Notes: a model not told the origin generated them from the letters alone. DNA of 64,000 nt from Saprospiraceae bacterium (GCA_034520175.1 JAXHNU010000028.1:74252-138251); one strand, 5' to 3'. Shown: positions 37,876-47,343, counted from the first letter of the stretch. Program-made: numbers and translations.

Positions 37876-39155
37876 TACGGTCGTCCAGGGAAATTCAACA
37901 ACATATCCCGATAATACCCATACTGCGCTTTCCGCTGCGCTATCTCTTGCGGCAACCCCTCAGTAAGCGACGTCGTCAGCGTGTCGAATTGGTCGAGGAT
38001 GGACACGATGCGGGATTGTTCTTCGAGGTGATGGATATGGAATTGAAAATTTACCTTTAATTGTTCTACAGTTCAGATTTGGTTGTGCTGAACCTTATCA
38101 TATTTAATTCTATGTACTTAGTCATGTAAATGTGACTTTCAGCAAAGTAAAATATATACTTTATATTAACATCATCATTTCAATCTAATTATTGCTAACG
38201 CTTGGTTTGTATTTGCAGGTAAAATTTCCCTTCGAAACAATCCGCACATTTTCCATATGTTGCTACCTGCGATTGTTATTAATATATCATTATGCTTTAA
38301 AATTGACCTTTTCAACTCTTTACATGTGTATCTTCATCAATGAATGATAATTTTTTAGAATTAATATTTGAACCATCAAACGCTTATGTTTGATAATAAG
38401 GCTATCTCCTGTTTCAGTATATTTTTTGCGGCATTGTACCTTTTGTTATCACTGATCCCACCTCCCCCAACGCCCTCCAAACCACACCTTTCGTGTTTTT
38501 CGTGTCTTTCGTGGTATCAAAAGAAAGCAACCGCTCCCGATAATACCCATACTGCTGTTTCCGCGCTGTAAGCTCTGCTGTAAGCTCTGCTGTAAGCTCT
38601 GCTGTAAGCTCCGTAAACGTGTCGAGAATACGGACAATTTCTTTTTGTACGGTGAGGGGGGGGATGGGGATGGGGAATTTTTTACATCTCGTCATTGAAA
38701 TCATTAAAGCGAGTTACACCACTTCCAGCTTTAGCTATATTCATTACGCATACAACTTATTAACGGAATAGTAATATACAAACTTGATATTTATGTTTTC
38801 ATCTTTTGAATGATAAGACCACATTTTAACTTTTTATGTGAAAAGTGTGTCTTGCTAAATTTGCGTAACGATGAAACATTCCATTACTCCGTCTGTCGTC
38901 CAGATGTATTACTGAATAATTGAAAGCATCACCATATTTAACTATTCTTTTTCAGTATTTAGCAAACGCTTAACGGAATCAACAGTCTTGACACCTGCCA
39001 ACGTCTTTAAGAGAGGATATTCTTTGTGAATTATCCTAGCATTGCCGCTTCAAAATCATGCTTATCCCTTTTGTACGAACATAGATTTCGCTGATTTCCC
39101 CCAGCGGTTTCCACTCCACCGCCACGCCGTCCAATAATTTATCTAAATAGTTCAT
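37875..39155 (-). pseudogene. hsdS: type I restriction enzyme S subunit remnant (both target-recognition domains broken)
   Basis: The start is coupled to the hsdM stop (ATGA at 39152-39155) and reads [20 protein letters not shown]... The central conserved region is [51 protein letters not shown]. The distal conserved region is [49 protein letters not shown]. In my own translation, both variable regions between them need several frame changes and contain stops. Confidence 0.8.
38565..38612 (-). repeat. 4 x 12-bp tandem repeat encoding (ELTA)4 / TAEL repeats in the hsdS central conserved region
   Basis: GCTGTAAGCTCT x3 followed by GCTGTAAGCTCC on the plus strand. It is read on the minus strand as [18 protein letters not shown]. 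Confidence 0.9.
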
Positions 39156-40699
39156 GCTTCAATTTCGTTTATAATGTTATCAATACTTGCCCGCAGCGCG
39201 TTAATCTTCTCTACGGTTGCCGCAATGTCCGTATTTAGCTGCCCAATATCCACCTTTTCAGTTTTATCCTTGGCTTCGATGTAGGAACTGACGGAAAGGT
39301 TATAATCGTTGTCGGCAATAGCGGTATTAGCGACTGATTTTGCGATATATGGCACATCTTCTTTTTTATCAAAAATGTCCATAATGCGGTCAATGTGTTT
39401 ATCTTCCAACACATTGTTATTGGTCACTTTCTTGAAGAAATCTTCGCCACTTACGTCAATAAACTGCGTGGTGTTCTCGGTTTTGTGTTTAGACAACACG
39501 AGGATATACACCGCTATCGAAGTGCCAAAGAACAGATTGGGCGCGAGCGAAATGACGGTTTCCACAAAATTATTGTCCACCAAGTATTTTCTAATTTTCT
39601 GCTCCGCGCCGCCCCGATAAAAAATACCCGGGAAACAGACCAATGCCGCCCTGCCCGTAGGCGAAAGATAGCTGAGGGCGTGCAACACAAAGGCAAAATC
39701 GGCTTTTGACTTGGGCGCAAGCACGCCCGCAGGTGCAAAACGGTCATCGTTAATCAAAGTCGGGTCGCCGTCGCCAATCCAATTGACCGAGTAAGGCGGA
39801 TTAGAAACAATGGCATCGAAGGGTTTTTCGTCGCCATACTGAGGGGTCAAAAGCGTATCGCCCAATGCCATATAAAACTTATCGTAATTGACATTGTGCA
39901 AAAACATATTCATACGGGCAAGATTGTAGGTCGTGTGGTTGATTTCCTGCCCATAAAAACCCTCTTCAATCACGTGGTTATCAAAATGTTTTTTGGCTTG
40001 CAGCAGCAACGAACCCGAACCCGCCGCAGGGTCATATATCTTGTTCACTTTGTCTTGTTTGTGCATCGCCAACTGCGCAATGAGCTTGGATACGCTTTGG
40101 GGCGTAAAAAACTCACCGCCCGACTTGCCTGCATTGGCAGCATAATTAGAAATCAAAAACTCGTAGGCATCGCCAAAGAGGTCAATCTCATTGTCTTCAA
40201 AATTGCCAAAATTCAGTTCTTCCACGCCTTTCAAAACGGCAGCCAAACGGCTGTTTTTGTTTTCCACGGTATTGCCCAATCGGGTACTCGTGGTGTCAAA
40301 ATCGGCAAACAAGCCCTTTATGTCTTGTTCCGAAGGATAGCCATTGGCGGAACTTTCGATGGCATCAAAAATGGCTTTTAAGTCCGTATTCAAGTTTGTG
40401 TTGGTGTTCGCTGCTTTGGCAACGTTCACAAAAAGCTGACTCGGATAGATAAAATACCCTTTTGTTTTGATGGCATCGTCTTTTATGTCAGGCGTGAGGG
40501 CATTGTCGGGCAGATTGGCGTAGTTGACACTTTCATCGCCGCCTTCGATGTAAACCGTAAAATTTTCACTGATAAACCGATAGAACAGCGCACCCAAAAC
40601 GAAATGTTTAAAGTCCCAACCGTCCACCGAGCCACGCACGTCGTTGGCTATTTTCCATATTTTGGCTTGCAGTTCAGCCCTTTGCGTTGCACTTGTCAT
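39152..40699 (-). CDS. hsdM: type I restriction-modification system M subunit (N6-adenine methyltransferase)
   Basis: 515-aa intact ORF. SAM motif [10 protein letters not shown] and catalytic VSNPPYS. Confidence 0.92.
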   Translation of the reverse strand: MTSATQRAELQAKIWKIANDVRGSVDGWDFKHFVLGALFYRFISENFTVYIEGGDESVNYANLPDNALTPDIKDDAIKTKGYFIYPSQLFVNVAKAANTNTNLNTDLKAIFDAIESSANGYPSEQDIKGLFADFDTTSTRLGNTVENKNSRLAAVLKGVEELNFGNFEDNEIDLFGDAYEFLISNYAANAGKSGGEFFTPQSVSKLIAQLAMHKQDKVNKIYDPAAGSGSLLLQAKKHFDNHVIEEGFYGQEINHTTYNLARMNMFLHNVNYDKFYMALGDTLLTPQYGDEKPFDAIVSNPPYSVNWIGDGDPTLINDDRFAPAGVLAPKSKADFAFVLHALSYLSPTGRAALVCFPGIFYRGGAEQKIRKYLVDNNFVETVISLAPNLFFGTSIAVYILVLSKHKTENTTQFIDVSGEDFFKKVTNNNVLEDKHIDRIMDIFDKKEDVPYIAKSVANTAIADNDYNLSVSSYIEAKDKTEKVDIGQLNTDIAATVEKINALRASIDNIINEIEA

Positions 40700-40828
40700 A
40701 TTTTATTTTTTTTAAAATCATGTAATTACTTAGTTCTCAACTTCCAAAACGCACAATAGAGGGGAATAGTTACGTTTTTTTATTGTTGCCAATAGCCCTG
40801 CAAAGATTACACTTTTTTATATTTTTTC

Positions 40829-40961
40829 GTAACTATTTGCCTCACGCTCGTTTCGCTCGCGCAGAAAGGGGGAAGGTGGTTCATTTTTCGGGCTTTGCCC
40901 GAAAAACGAACCACCTCTCCTCACTCGCGCAAGCGAAGCGAGCGCGTGACTAAACAATTAA
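40829..40961. repeat. nested-palindrome element, type B variant
   Basis: GTAACTATTTGCCTCACGCTCGTTTCGCTCGCGC ... GGTTCATTTTTCGGGCTTTGCCCGAAAAACGAACC ... GCGCGTGACTAAACAATTAA. Confidence 0.78.
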
Positions 40962-40994
40962 ATTTTTTCTAAGAATAGTTGTTCTTTACTGATA

Positions 40995-41035
40995 TACTGA
41001 GGGGGGGAGTCAAGCAACACGCTGGGCTACCTTTT
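40995..41035 (+). repeat. same module (copy 3, diverged)
   Basis: TACTGAGGGGGGGAGTCAAGCAACACGCTGGGCTACCTTTT. Confidence 0.8.
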
Positions 41036-41088
41036 GTTTTTCATGCGAAAAGGGAGTGTTTTAAACCCGTAAAATCTGAAAAGAGGCT

Positions 41089-41096
41089 TACATTTG
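41089..41096 (+). promoter_or_regulatory. candidate -7 box upstream of the NUDIX gene
   Basis: TACATTTG, about 60 nt before the ATG at 41159. Confidence 0.35.
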
Positions 41097-41158
41097 CGGC
41101 AAGAATCAGTAGAAATTCTCTAAACGACATTTTTCGTCAACAAAAAAATCACCCGTAA

Positions 41159-41653
41159 ATGAAAGTTGTAAATATTCACAATATTCTTTTAGAAGAACCA
41201 AGCAGAAAAGACCGAGAGGTTGTTATCGTTTACCCTTTTAATACCGAAACCAAAGAAATATTTATCATTCAGGAGTATATTCACGGTTATGATAGAAAAT
41301 TTTGGAAATTTGTAAGTGGTGGCATTGACAAGGTAGGTAAAGATATAATAACCCACGCAATCGAGGAACTTGCGGAAGAAGTAGGCATGGAGTCTAACCA
41401 AGTATATCATCTGTACTCATCGGAGCGTATTTTTGGCAACCGACCTATACATTGTTTTATTGCCGAAAACCCTATTGTGATGGATAATCCACCAGAAAAT
41501 CCAGACGATGATTACATAACTGCTACTAAATGGGTGAATCAGACTGAATTTCAAAAAATGTTAGACAGCCAAGAATTAATTTGGGACCAAGGCACGATTT
41601 GCGCTTTACAAGCATTTAGAAAGTATATACTGGTAACTTCGGAAATCTCTTGA
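41159..41653 (+). CDS. NUDIX hydrolase family protein
   Basis: 164 aa. Nudix-box-like GGIDKVGKDIITHAIEELAEEVGM. The last 10 codons run into the 26-bp terminal inverted repeat of the element at 41624-41841. Confidence 0.65.
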   Translation: MKVVNIHNILLEEPSRKDREVVIVYPFNTETKEIFIIQEYIHGYDRKFWKFVSGGIDKVGKDIITHAIEELAEEVGMESNQVYHLYSSERIFGNRPIHCFIAENPIVMDNPPENPDDDYITATKWVNQTEFQKMLDSQELIWDQGTICALQAFRKYILVTSEIS

Positions 41654-41841
41654 ATCCATCGGATTCATACGTTTGTAGAATAAAAATCAAGTAACTGTCC
41701 CCCGAATCCGTAGGATTCGCACGTTTTTTAACCCTTACAAACGTATGAATCCTACGGATTCAATGTGCGTTTTGCTTTATATTTTCTACAAACATGTAAA
41801 TCCTAACGGATTTATGAGATTTCCGAAGTTACCAGTATATA
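41624..41841. repeat. 218-bp palindromic element with perfect 26-bp terminal inverted repeats
   Basis: TATATACTGGTAACTTCGGAAATCTC (41624-41649) and GAGATTTCCGAAGTTACCAGTATATA (41816-41841). Internal GAATCC(N)GGATTC hairpins. The left terminus forms the 3' end of the NUDIX ORF. Confidence 0.75.
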
Positions 41842-41850
41842 TAAAATAGC

Positions 41851-41918
41851 GTAATTACTTAGTCACGCGCTCGCTTCGCGCGCGATGGAGGAACGTGGTT
41901 CGTTTTTCGGCGAAGCCG
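41851..41918. repeat. left half of a type B element, truncated in the central hairpin loop
   Basis: GTAATTACTTAGTCACGCGCTCGCTTCGCGCGCG ... GGTTCGTTTTTCGGCGAAGCCG. It then changes abruptly to the TAACTGAGGAGG... module at 41919. Confidence 0.75.
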
Positions 41919-41958
41919 TAACTGAGGAGGTGCCAAGTAACACGCTGGGCTGCCTTTT
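41919..41958 (+). repeat. same module (copy 4, diverged), abutting a truncated repeat element
   Basis: TAACTGAGGAGGTGCCAAGTAACACGCTGGGCTGCCTTTT. Confidence 0.8.
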
Positions 41959-41977
41959 CTTTTTTCTAAAAAAAGAC

Positions 41978-41985
41978 TACATTTG
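41978..41985 (+). promoter_or_regulatory. candidate -7 box upstream of sulP
   Basis: TACATTTG, about 105 nt before the ATG at 42091. Confidence 0.3.
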
Positions 41986-42090
41986 CGTTTTTTTTTTAAC
42001 ACACATCTTTCAACTACTGTTCTAATACACGTATCAGCATAAAACAGTAACAAAAACGCAAATGTAAATTTTGCCTTTCCCTTTTTATTT

Positions 42091-43626
42091 ATGAAAAAAT
42101 ACATCAATTTATTTGACTTCAAACAAGAAGTAGATTACAAAACAGAGATTTTGTCGGGCTTGACGGTCGCCTTAGCCTTAGTGCCAGAAGCCATTGCTTT
42201 TGCGCTGATTGCAGGTTTATCACCTCTAACGGGTTTGTATGCAGCTTTTATGATGGGCTTGATTACGGCTGTTTTTGGTGGTCGCCCTGGCATGATTTCC
42301 GGTGCAACGGGTGCGGTAGCGGTTGTGATTGTGGCATTGGCAAAAACGCACGGAGTTGAATATATCTTCGCAACTGTTGTTTTGGCGGGTATCATACAGA
42401 TAATTGCGGGCGTTTTGCGCTTGGGCAAATTCATTCGTTTAGTGCCGCACCCTGTTATGTTTGGTTTTGTGAATGGCTTGGCGATTGTGATTTTTATGTC
42501 TCAATTAGACCAATTCAAAACCAAAAATACGGACGGGGTGCTTCAATGGATGACAGGGACGCCTTTGATGATAATGTTGGGTTTGGTCGGCTTGACGATG
42601 CTCATTATTTGGGGTTTGCCCAAATTGACAAAAGTAGTACCTGCCTCTTTGGTGGCTATTTTGACCATTTTTGGCTTAGTCACGGCGTTTAACATTGACA
42701 CCACAACCGTTGGCGATATTGCTTCCATACAAGGTGGTTTTCCACCGTTTCACATTCCAAACATTCCGTTTACGATTGAAACTTTGCAAATTATACTGCC
42801 TTATGCTTTGATTGTGGCAGCCGTTGGTTTGATTGAAAGCCTTTTGACTTTAAACTTGATAGACGAAATAACAGAATCTCGTGGGCGTGGCAACAAAGAA
42901 GCCGTAGCGCAAGGCGTGGCAAATTTCCTATCGGGCTTGTTTTCGGGCATGGGCGGTTGTGCCATGATTGGGCAAAGTTTAATCAATATATCGAGTGGCG
43001 CGAGGGCAAGATTATCGGGTATTGTTGCCGCCGTGATGCTCTTGGTTTTTGTGATGTTTGGAGCCAATTTAATTGAAAAAATGCCGATGGCAGCCTTGAC
43101 GGGTCTGATGATAATGGTGGCAATCGGTACGTTTGAATGGGCAAGTTTTCGTGTGATTAACAAAATGCCGAAACACGATATTTTTGTCGGTATGTTGGTC
43201 GCTCTCATTACCGTTTTACTCCACAATTTAGCCTTAGCTGTCTTGATTGGTGTCGTTATTTCTGCCTTAGTTTTTGCTTGGGAAAGTGCCAAACGCATCC
43301 GTGCAAGAAAATTTGTTGATGGCGAAGGCGTAAAACATTACGAGATTTATGGACCTTTATTCTTCGCTTCAACGGCTGCTTTTACCGAAAAATTTGACGT
43401 TTTGAATGACCCCAACGAAGTCATCATTGATTTCAAAGAAAGCCGTATCAATGATATGAGTGCCATTGAATGTGTCAATAGACTCACCGAACGCTATTTG
43501 AAGGCAGGAAAACTAGTACATTTGAGGCATTTGAGCGCGGATTGTCGGCAATTGTTGCAAAATGCGGATAAGGTGATTGATGTAAATATTATGGAAGACC
43601 CGACTTATAAAGTCATGGTTGATTAA
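42091..43626 (+). CDS. SulP family inorganic anion transporter with C-terminal STAS domain
   Basis: 511 aa, polytopic. N-terminal ...EILSGLTVALALVPEAIAFALIAG and a STAS-like C-terminus (YEIYGPLFFAST...). Confidence 0.9.
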   Translation: MKKYINLFDFKQEVDYKTEILSGLTVALALVPEAIAFALIAGLSPLTGLYAAFMMGLITAVFGGRPGMISGATGAVAVVIVALAKTHGVEYIFATVVLAGIIQIIAGVLRLGKFIRLVPHPVMFGFVNGLAIVIFMSQLDQFKTKNTDGVLQWMTGTPLMIMLGLVGLTMLIIWGLPKLTKVVPASLVAILTIFGLVTAFNIDTTTVGDIASIQGGFPPFHIPNIPFTIETLQIILPYALIVAAVGLIESLLTLNLIDEITESRGRGNKEAVAQGVANFLSGLFSGMGGCAMIGQSLINISSGARARLSGIVAAVMLLVFVMFGANLIEKMPMAALTGLMIMVAIGTFEWASFRVINKMPKHDIFVGMLVALITVLLHNLALAVLIGVVISALVFAWESAKRIRARKFVDGEGVKHYEIYGPLFFASTAAFTEKFDVLNDPNEVIIDFKESRINDMSAIECVNRLTERYLKAGKLVHLRHLSADCRQLLQNADKVIDVNIMEDPTYKVMVD

Positions 43627-43629
43627 CAG

Positions 43630-43678
43630 GTTTTAGAAGTAAAAAAGGCGAAAAGTCAAACGATTTTAAACCCAAATG
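43630..43678 (+). repeat. 49-bp direct repeat, left boundary of the low-GC AbiL-like islet
   Basis: GTTTTAGAAGTAAAAAAGGCGAAAAGTCAAACGATTTTAAACCCAAATG. It matches 45982-46030 at 42 of 49 positions by my alignment. Confidence 0.75.
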
Positions 43679-43793
43679 TTCTAATTTTACAAAAATAGGA
43701 CATTTATGACCCGAATTCATAAAATTACGAGGGGACTATTTTGAAGCATTTAGCGACAAAATAGACCCCTCAGTAAACAAGTTAGGAAATATT

Positions 43794-44524
43794 TTAAGAC
43801 TCAAGCGGGCTTATTAATTCTTTTACCAACAGATGTACTTTTGCACATGGACAATGCTGATGCAGAGGTTTAGGAGAACCTGCAAAATGGAACGCTTCTA
43901 ATTTTTCGGCTCTGTCAATGGCAATATCAAGGCTTCCTTTCATTAATTTATAGGTATATGTAAGGAAGTTCTTTTTTGACTTCATTGTCGTATAATAATC
44001 AAATCTCTGGTGTTGAAACTTTGTTTCGTGCAGGCAGACTTTGCTTTCAAAATTTCAGTTAAGCAACTCATAATACTTTCTCTCTGCTCAAATAATCAGG
44101 ATTATTAGGGTCAACGTCTTCAAAATGAAGCAAAATCCATAATTCAAAATCATCATTACTCCAAGCGGTCTTAATACCTTTGGCGTTTGCGGTTCTTATA
44201 GAATCGTTAAATGCTGTGTCTTTTCCATCGTTTGGTTCTCTATCTCGGTCAAATACGCACCAAACTTGCGCCCCGTCATCAAATTTCAATACTTCTCTAA
44301 TAACCCCATTGATTTCATCTACTTCAAGCTAACCCTTCTTTTTCCTGAAAAATTCGGTTGCATAAGTCCACTTGGGCGTGGTGTTGCTTTTTGTTGCCGT
44401 GTGTAGACATCATGGACATCTTTCGCATGAACATGTTTCAAAAATTAGGCAGGCTCTACAGCCCCTATCTTCATAAAAAATGATGAACACCTTTTTTGAA
44501 TCTTCTTTTCTACTATCGTCTATT
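43794..44524 (-). pseudogene. RloB/AbiLii-like protein, disrupted (several frameshifts and stops)
   Basis: Recognisable pieces sit in different frames. They are: ...KKVFIIFYE... (N-terminal CEG-like segment), VDEINGVIREVLKFDDGAQVWCVFDRD...AWSNDDFELWILLHFE (44068-44289), and a C-terminal piece ...IDRAEKL...KVHLLVKEL (43794-43985). In-frame TAA, TAG and TGA stops separate them. Confidence 0.65.
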
Positions 44525-45817
44525 TTAATATCCCAAGGTTCCATTATGCTCTAAGTTTTTATCAGACAAAAATTCTGAAAGCGTCGGTACGCCGCCATAG
44601 AACCCTGCTAAATATTGTTTTGCAAAATCTGCATCATTTCTAATGCCTTTCAATTCAGCTAAAGAATACAATCTTGTTCCATCATTTGTCTCTTTCTCAG
44701 CAAAGTAAAATTGGTCTCTTCTCATCAAAGAAGGACTCATAAGATTGGTGTCATGACTTGTGAACAATAATTGTGCATTAGATTTGTTAATTTCTGGGTC
44801 GTTAAAAAGACCAATTAACTTAATCAACAACGAAGGATGAAAATTACTATCTATCTCATCTAAAACTATTAGTCCACTGATTTGGATATTGAACGCATGA
44901 AGAAGTAGCCCTGCAATATCAAATAGCTTCTTGGTGCCGTCTGATTCGTTCTCCTGCATATTCAAGGTAATATTTATTTTTTCGTCATGACAAGATTTTT
45001 TGGTCAAGAAAATTTTTTCTAACGAAAGGTGATTATTTGCGCCATTACTTCCTTCTTTTTTAAAATAAATATCATCGTAATTTAGTCCAAATGCCCTTAA
45101 AAAGTCTAAAAATTTAGGTTTTAACTCAGCATCTTCTATATGTTTTATTGAATGAAACCGATGAGAATCACTACGTACACTTAATTCATAAGTAACCAAT
45201 CCTCTTATAAAATTTCGGATTTGAGCGCAAATACCCTTATTGTAAGAAGCGGCATGAGTCAAAAATAATGTGTGTTCGTACTCTAATTGAGCGATATTTT
45301 CATTGCTTGGTAAATTTGTTTTATCAATTTCTAAATTTTTCCGCGTAAAATATTTTCCTTGATTTGTATTTTTAAGACCAAATAACCACTCACTTGTGAT
45401 GATTTCTCTGCTAATATTTGAATCATTATCTGCTTCGGTTTTTCTTTTCACAGTAAATCCGTATCTGTATTTTTTCCCTTCAATCATCAATACAATCTGA
45501 AAAAATGATTCCGTATTTTCTGAATCATCTTGATATAAAAAAGGTTGCGCCACTTTAGAAAGTCTTGATTCTGGGCTTGGTAAGTTAGAAATTGCTTCAC
45601 AAAAAAATTCAAGTGCTTTGATGATATTACTTTTTCCACTTGCATTTGCACCGTATATTCCTATTGTCTTCAATAGCTTCACGCCATTGTCGGAAACAAT
45701 GTTATTTGAATCTACAATTTTGTTCTCCTCAGAACTTTTTAAGTTCGTTGAGGCAAAGCTTATTGTTTGCAAACTATGGATTGACCTGAAATTTTTTACG
45801 CTGAATTCGACTATCAT
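44525..45817 (-). CDS. AAA family ATPase (AbiLi / AAA_21-like, ABC-type fold)
   Basis: 430 aa. N-terminal FSVKNFRSI, Walker A GANASGKSN and Walker B LIVLDEIDSNFHP. Markedly AT-rich. Confidence 0.8.
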   Translation of the reverse strand: MIVEFSVKNFRSIHSLQTISFASTNLKSSEENKIVDSNNIVSDNGVKLLKTIGIYGANASGKSNIIKALEFFCEAISNLPSPESRLSKVAQPFLYQDDSENTESFFQIVLMIEGKKYRYGFTVKRKTEADNDSNISREIITSEWLFGLKNTNQGKYFTRKNLEIDKTNLPSNENIAQLEYEHTLFLTHAASYNKGICAQIRNFIRGLVTYELSVRSDSHRFHSIKHIEDAELKPKFLDFLRAFGLNYDDIYFKKEGSNGANNHLSLEKIFLTKKSCHDEKINITLNMQENESDGTKKLFDIAGLLLHAFNIQISGLIVLDEIDSNFHPSLLIKLIGLFNDPEINKSNAQLLFTSHDTNLMSPSLMRRDQFYFAEKETNDGTRLYSLAELKGIRNDADFAKQYLAGFYGGVPTLSEFLSDKNLEHNGTLGY

Positions 45818-45949
45818 TTTTTTAAATTTGAATTATTTGTGCAAAAATAGAAATTTATAAATAAAAATAAAAATTTTTTTGACTCGATTTGCAGAAAATC
45901 GACAAATTTGTGAAAAGACAATATGTATTATTTAACTAAGCTCTCAGAC

Positions 45950-47071
45950 TCAAAACGGCTGTCCGTGCGTCAAATCAATAAGTTTTTGCAGCAAAAAAGG
46001 CGAAAAGTCCAGCGATTTCAAACTCAAATGAGTCATCGTATTGTTTCCAAAAACGTGTTGAATATAGTAGCCCGCCTTGATGCGATTGGCAAATTGTCCC
46101 CGCCAAAGTTCATCATATTGCTTTGTTAATTGCGTTTTTAACATTTTTTCATTTAAAAAATCGCTAATTAGAGGCGTTAAAAGGTAAGAGGCGCGCATTG
46201 CCAAACTCATGCCGTTGCCACAAAGCGGTGCGATTGCACCCGCCGCGTCACCCAACAAAATCACATCGTTTGCGAAGGTCGTTTTGGCGTTGAAAGTGAC
46301 GTTGCTGATGACTTCGGGTTTGTCAAAAAGAAAAGTGCTTTCCTTAAAAATACGTTTTAAAAAAGGGTTGCGCATCAACACCGATTGCTCCATTTGCGCG
46401 ATGTCTTTGCCGTGATTTTTGAGATTGTCGGCGGTCGTCAAATAGCACAGACAGTATTGATTTTTGTCAATTTTTGAAATGCCGCAATAGCCGTCTTTGA
46501 AGTTGTGCAATTCGATTCGGTCGTCTGGAAAATCGGTTTCGATGTGGTATTTTACACCAATGTAGTTCTTTTTAGGCGCGTCTTGTTTGTCCATAAACGA
46601 CGGGCTGATTTTACCATAACTACCCGCCATGATTCGGGCTTCAAAAATGCCTTTATTTGTTTTAATTATTTGATTATCAATATCTTGAACTTTACAATTA
46701 TCAAAAATAGTTACCCCATTTTCACGCGCCAATTGGACCAAAAAATTATCCAAAGTATAGCGACTTACGCCAAAACCACCCAGTTTTAAATCCGCGTTCA
46801 ACATAAAACCTTGCGTTGAACTCACGCCCAATCGGTTGATTTTGGGCAATGACCAATCGGACAAAGGCACGCCCAATCGTTCTAAAAAAGCCCAACTTTC
46901 CATCGAAATATACTCGCCGCAAACCTTGTGGAAAGGGTACGCGTTTTTTTCAAACAGAACAACTTGATGCCCATGTTTTGCCAGTTGAACCGACAAACAA
47001 AGCCCCGCTAAACCACCGCCAATGATGGCACAGTCGTAAGAAATGTTGCTCAATTTTTCTTCTTGTTTCAT
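45950..47071 (-). CDS. FAD-dependent oxidoreductase (flavoprotein monooxygenase / geranylgeranyl-reductase-like)
   Basis: 373 aa. Dinucleotide-binding YDCAIIGGGLAGL, plus GDAAGAIAPLCGNG. Confidence 0.85.
   Translation of the reverse strand: MKQEEKLSNISYDCAIIGGGLAGLCLSVQLAKHGHQVVLFEKNAYPFHKVCGEYISMESWAFLERLGVPLSDWSLPKINRLGVSSTQGFMLNADLKLGGFGVSRYTLDNFLVQLARENGVTIFDNCKVQDIDNQIIKTNKGIFEARIMAGSYGKISPSFMDKQDAPKKNYIGVKYHIETDFPDDRIELHNFKDGYCGISKIDKNQYCLCYLTTADNLKNHGKDIAQMEQSVLMRNPFLKRIFKESTFLFDKPEVISNVTFNAKTTFANDVILLGDAAGAIAPLCGNGMSLAMRASYLLTPLISDFLNEKMLKTQLTKQYDELWRGQFANRIKAGYYIQHVFGNNTMTHLSLKSLDFSPFLLQKLIDLTHGQPF
45982..46030 (+). repeat. 49-bp direct repeat, right boundary (inside the 3' end of the FAD-oxidoreductase gene)
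   Basis: GTTTTTGCAGCAAAAAAGGCGAAAAGTCCAGCGATTTCAAACTCAAATG. On the minus strand it encodes ...HLSLKSLDFSPFLLQK... Confidence 0.75.
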
Positions 47072-47156
47072 ATTAGAAAAATGAATTTATGGTTCAATTA
47101 TTTAAAAAAAGCATAAAACGCTAAATTATAGTATCTTTTTAATGATTCAAGGTCAT

Positions 47157-47248
47157 CCGCTCGTTTCGCTCGCGCAAAGAGGTGAATGTGGTTCATTTTT
47201 CGGCGAAGCCGAAAAATGAACCACCTCTGCTCCTGCCGTTGTGCGAGC
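47157..47248. repeat. degenerate core element
   Basis: CCGCTCGTTTCGCTCGCGC ... GGTTCATTTTTCGGCGAAGCCGAAAAATGAACC ... GTGCGAGC. Confidence 0.65.
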
Positions 47249-47343
47249 AAAATACACGGAAGCTCAATATTTACCTTGATTCATTAAAAAGGTACAAATT
47301 ATTTTTGTTTTTTCTAAAAATCGCTTATTTTTGTAAAAATAAT

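Noticed and set aside
37627-38060. Plus-strand ORFs (37627-37914, 37733-37966, 37764-38060) over the hsdR start / hsdS end.
   Set aside because: They run antisense to recognisable hsdS/hsdR sequence and through the GC-rich repeat, giving GRP/GAT-rich low-complexity peptides. They are shadow ORFs.
36697-39155. Explaining all frameshifts as sequencing or assembly errors.
   Set aside because: This is possible for the single hsdR indel and the single TGA at 61015, and both are flagged as needing read support. It is unlikely for hsdS and the RloB-like gene. Those need many independent corrections, while dozens of neighbouring genes of similar composition are intact.
39309-40381. Antisense ORFs inside long genes. 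Examples: 39309-39620, 39395-39709 and 39896-40381 in hsdM; 42135-43298 in sulP; 57136-57636 in the S41 peptidase; 59145-59969 in the protease gene; 60037-60837 and 61903-62154 in the receptor gene.
   Set aside because: Each lies opposite a longer ORF with clear family motifs and has no motif of its own.
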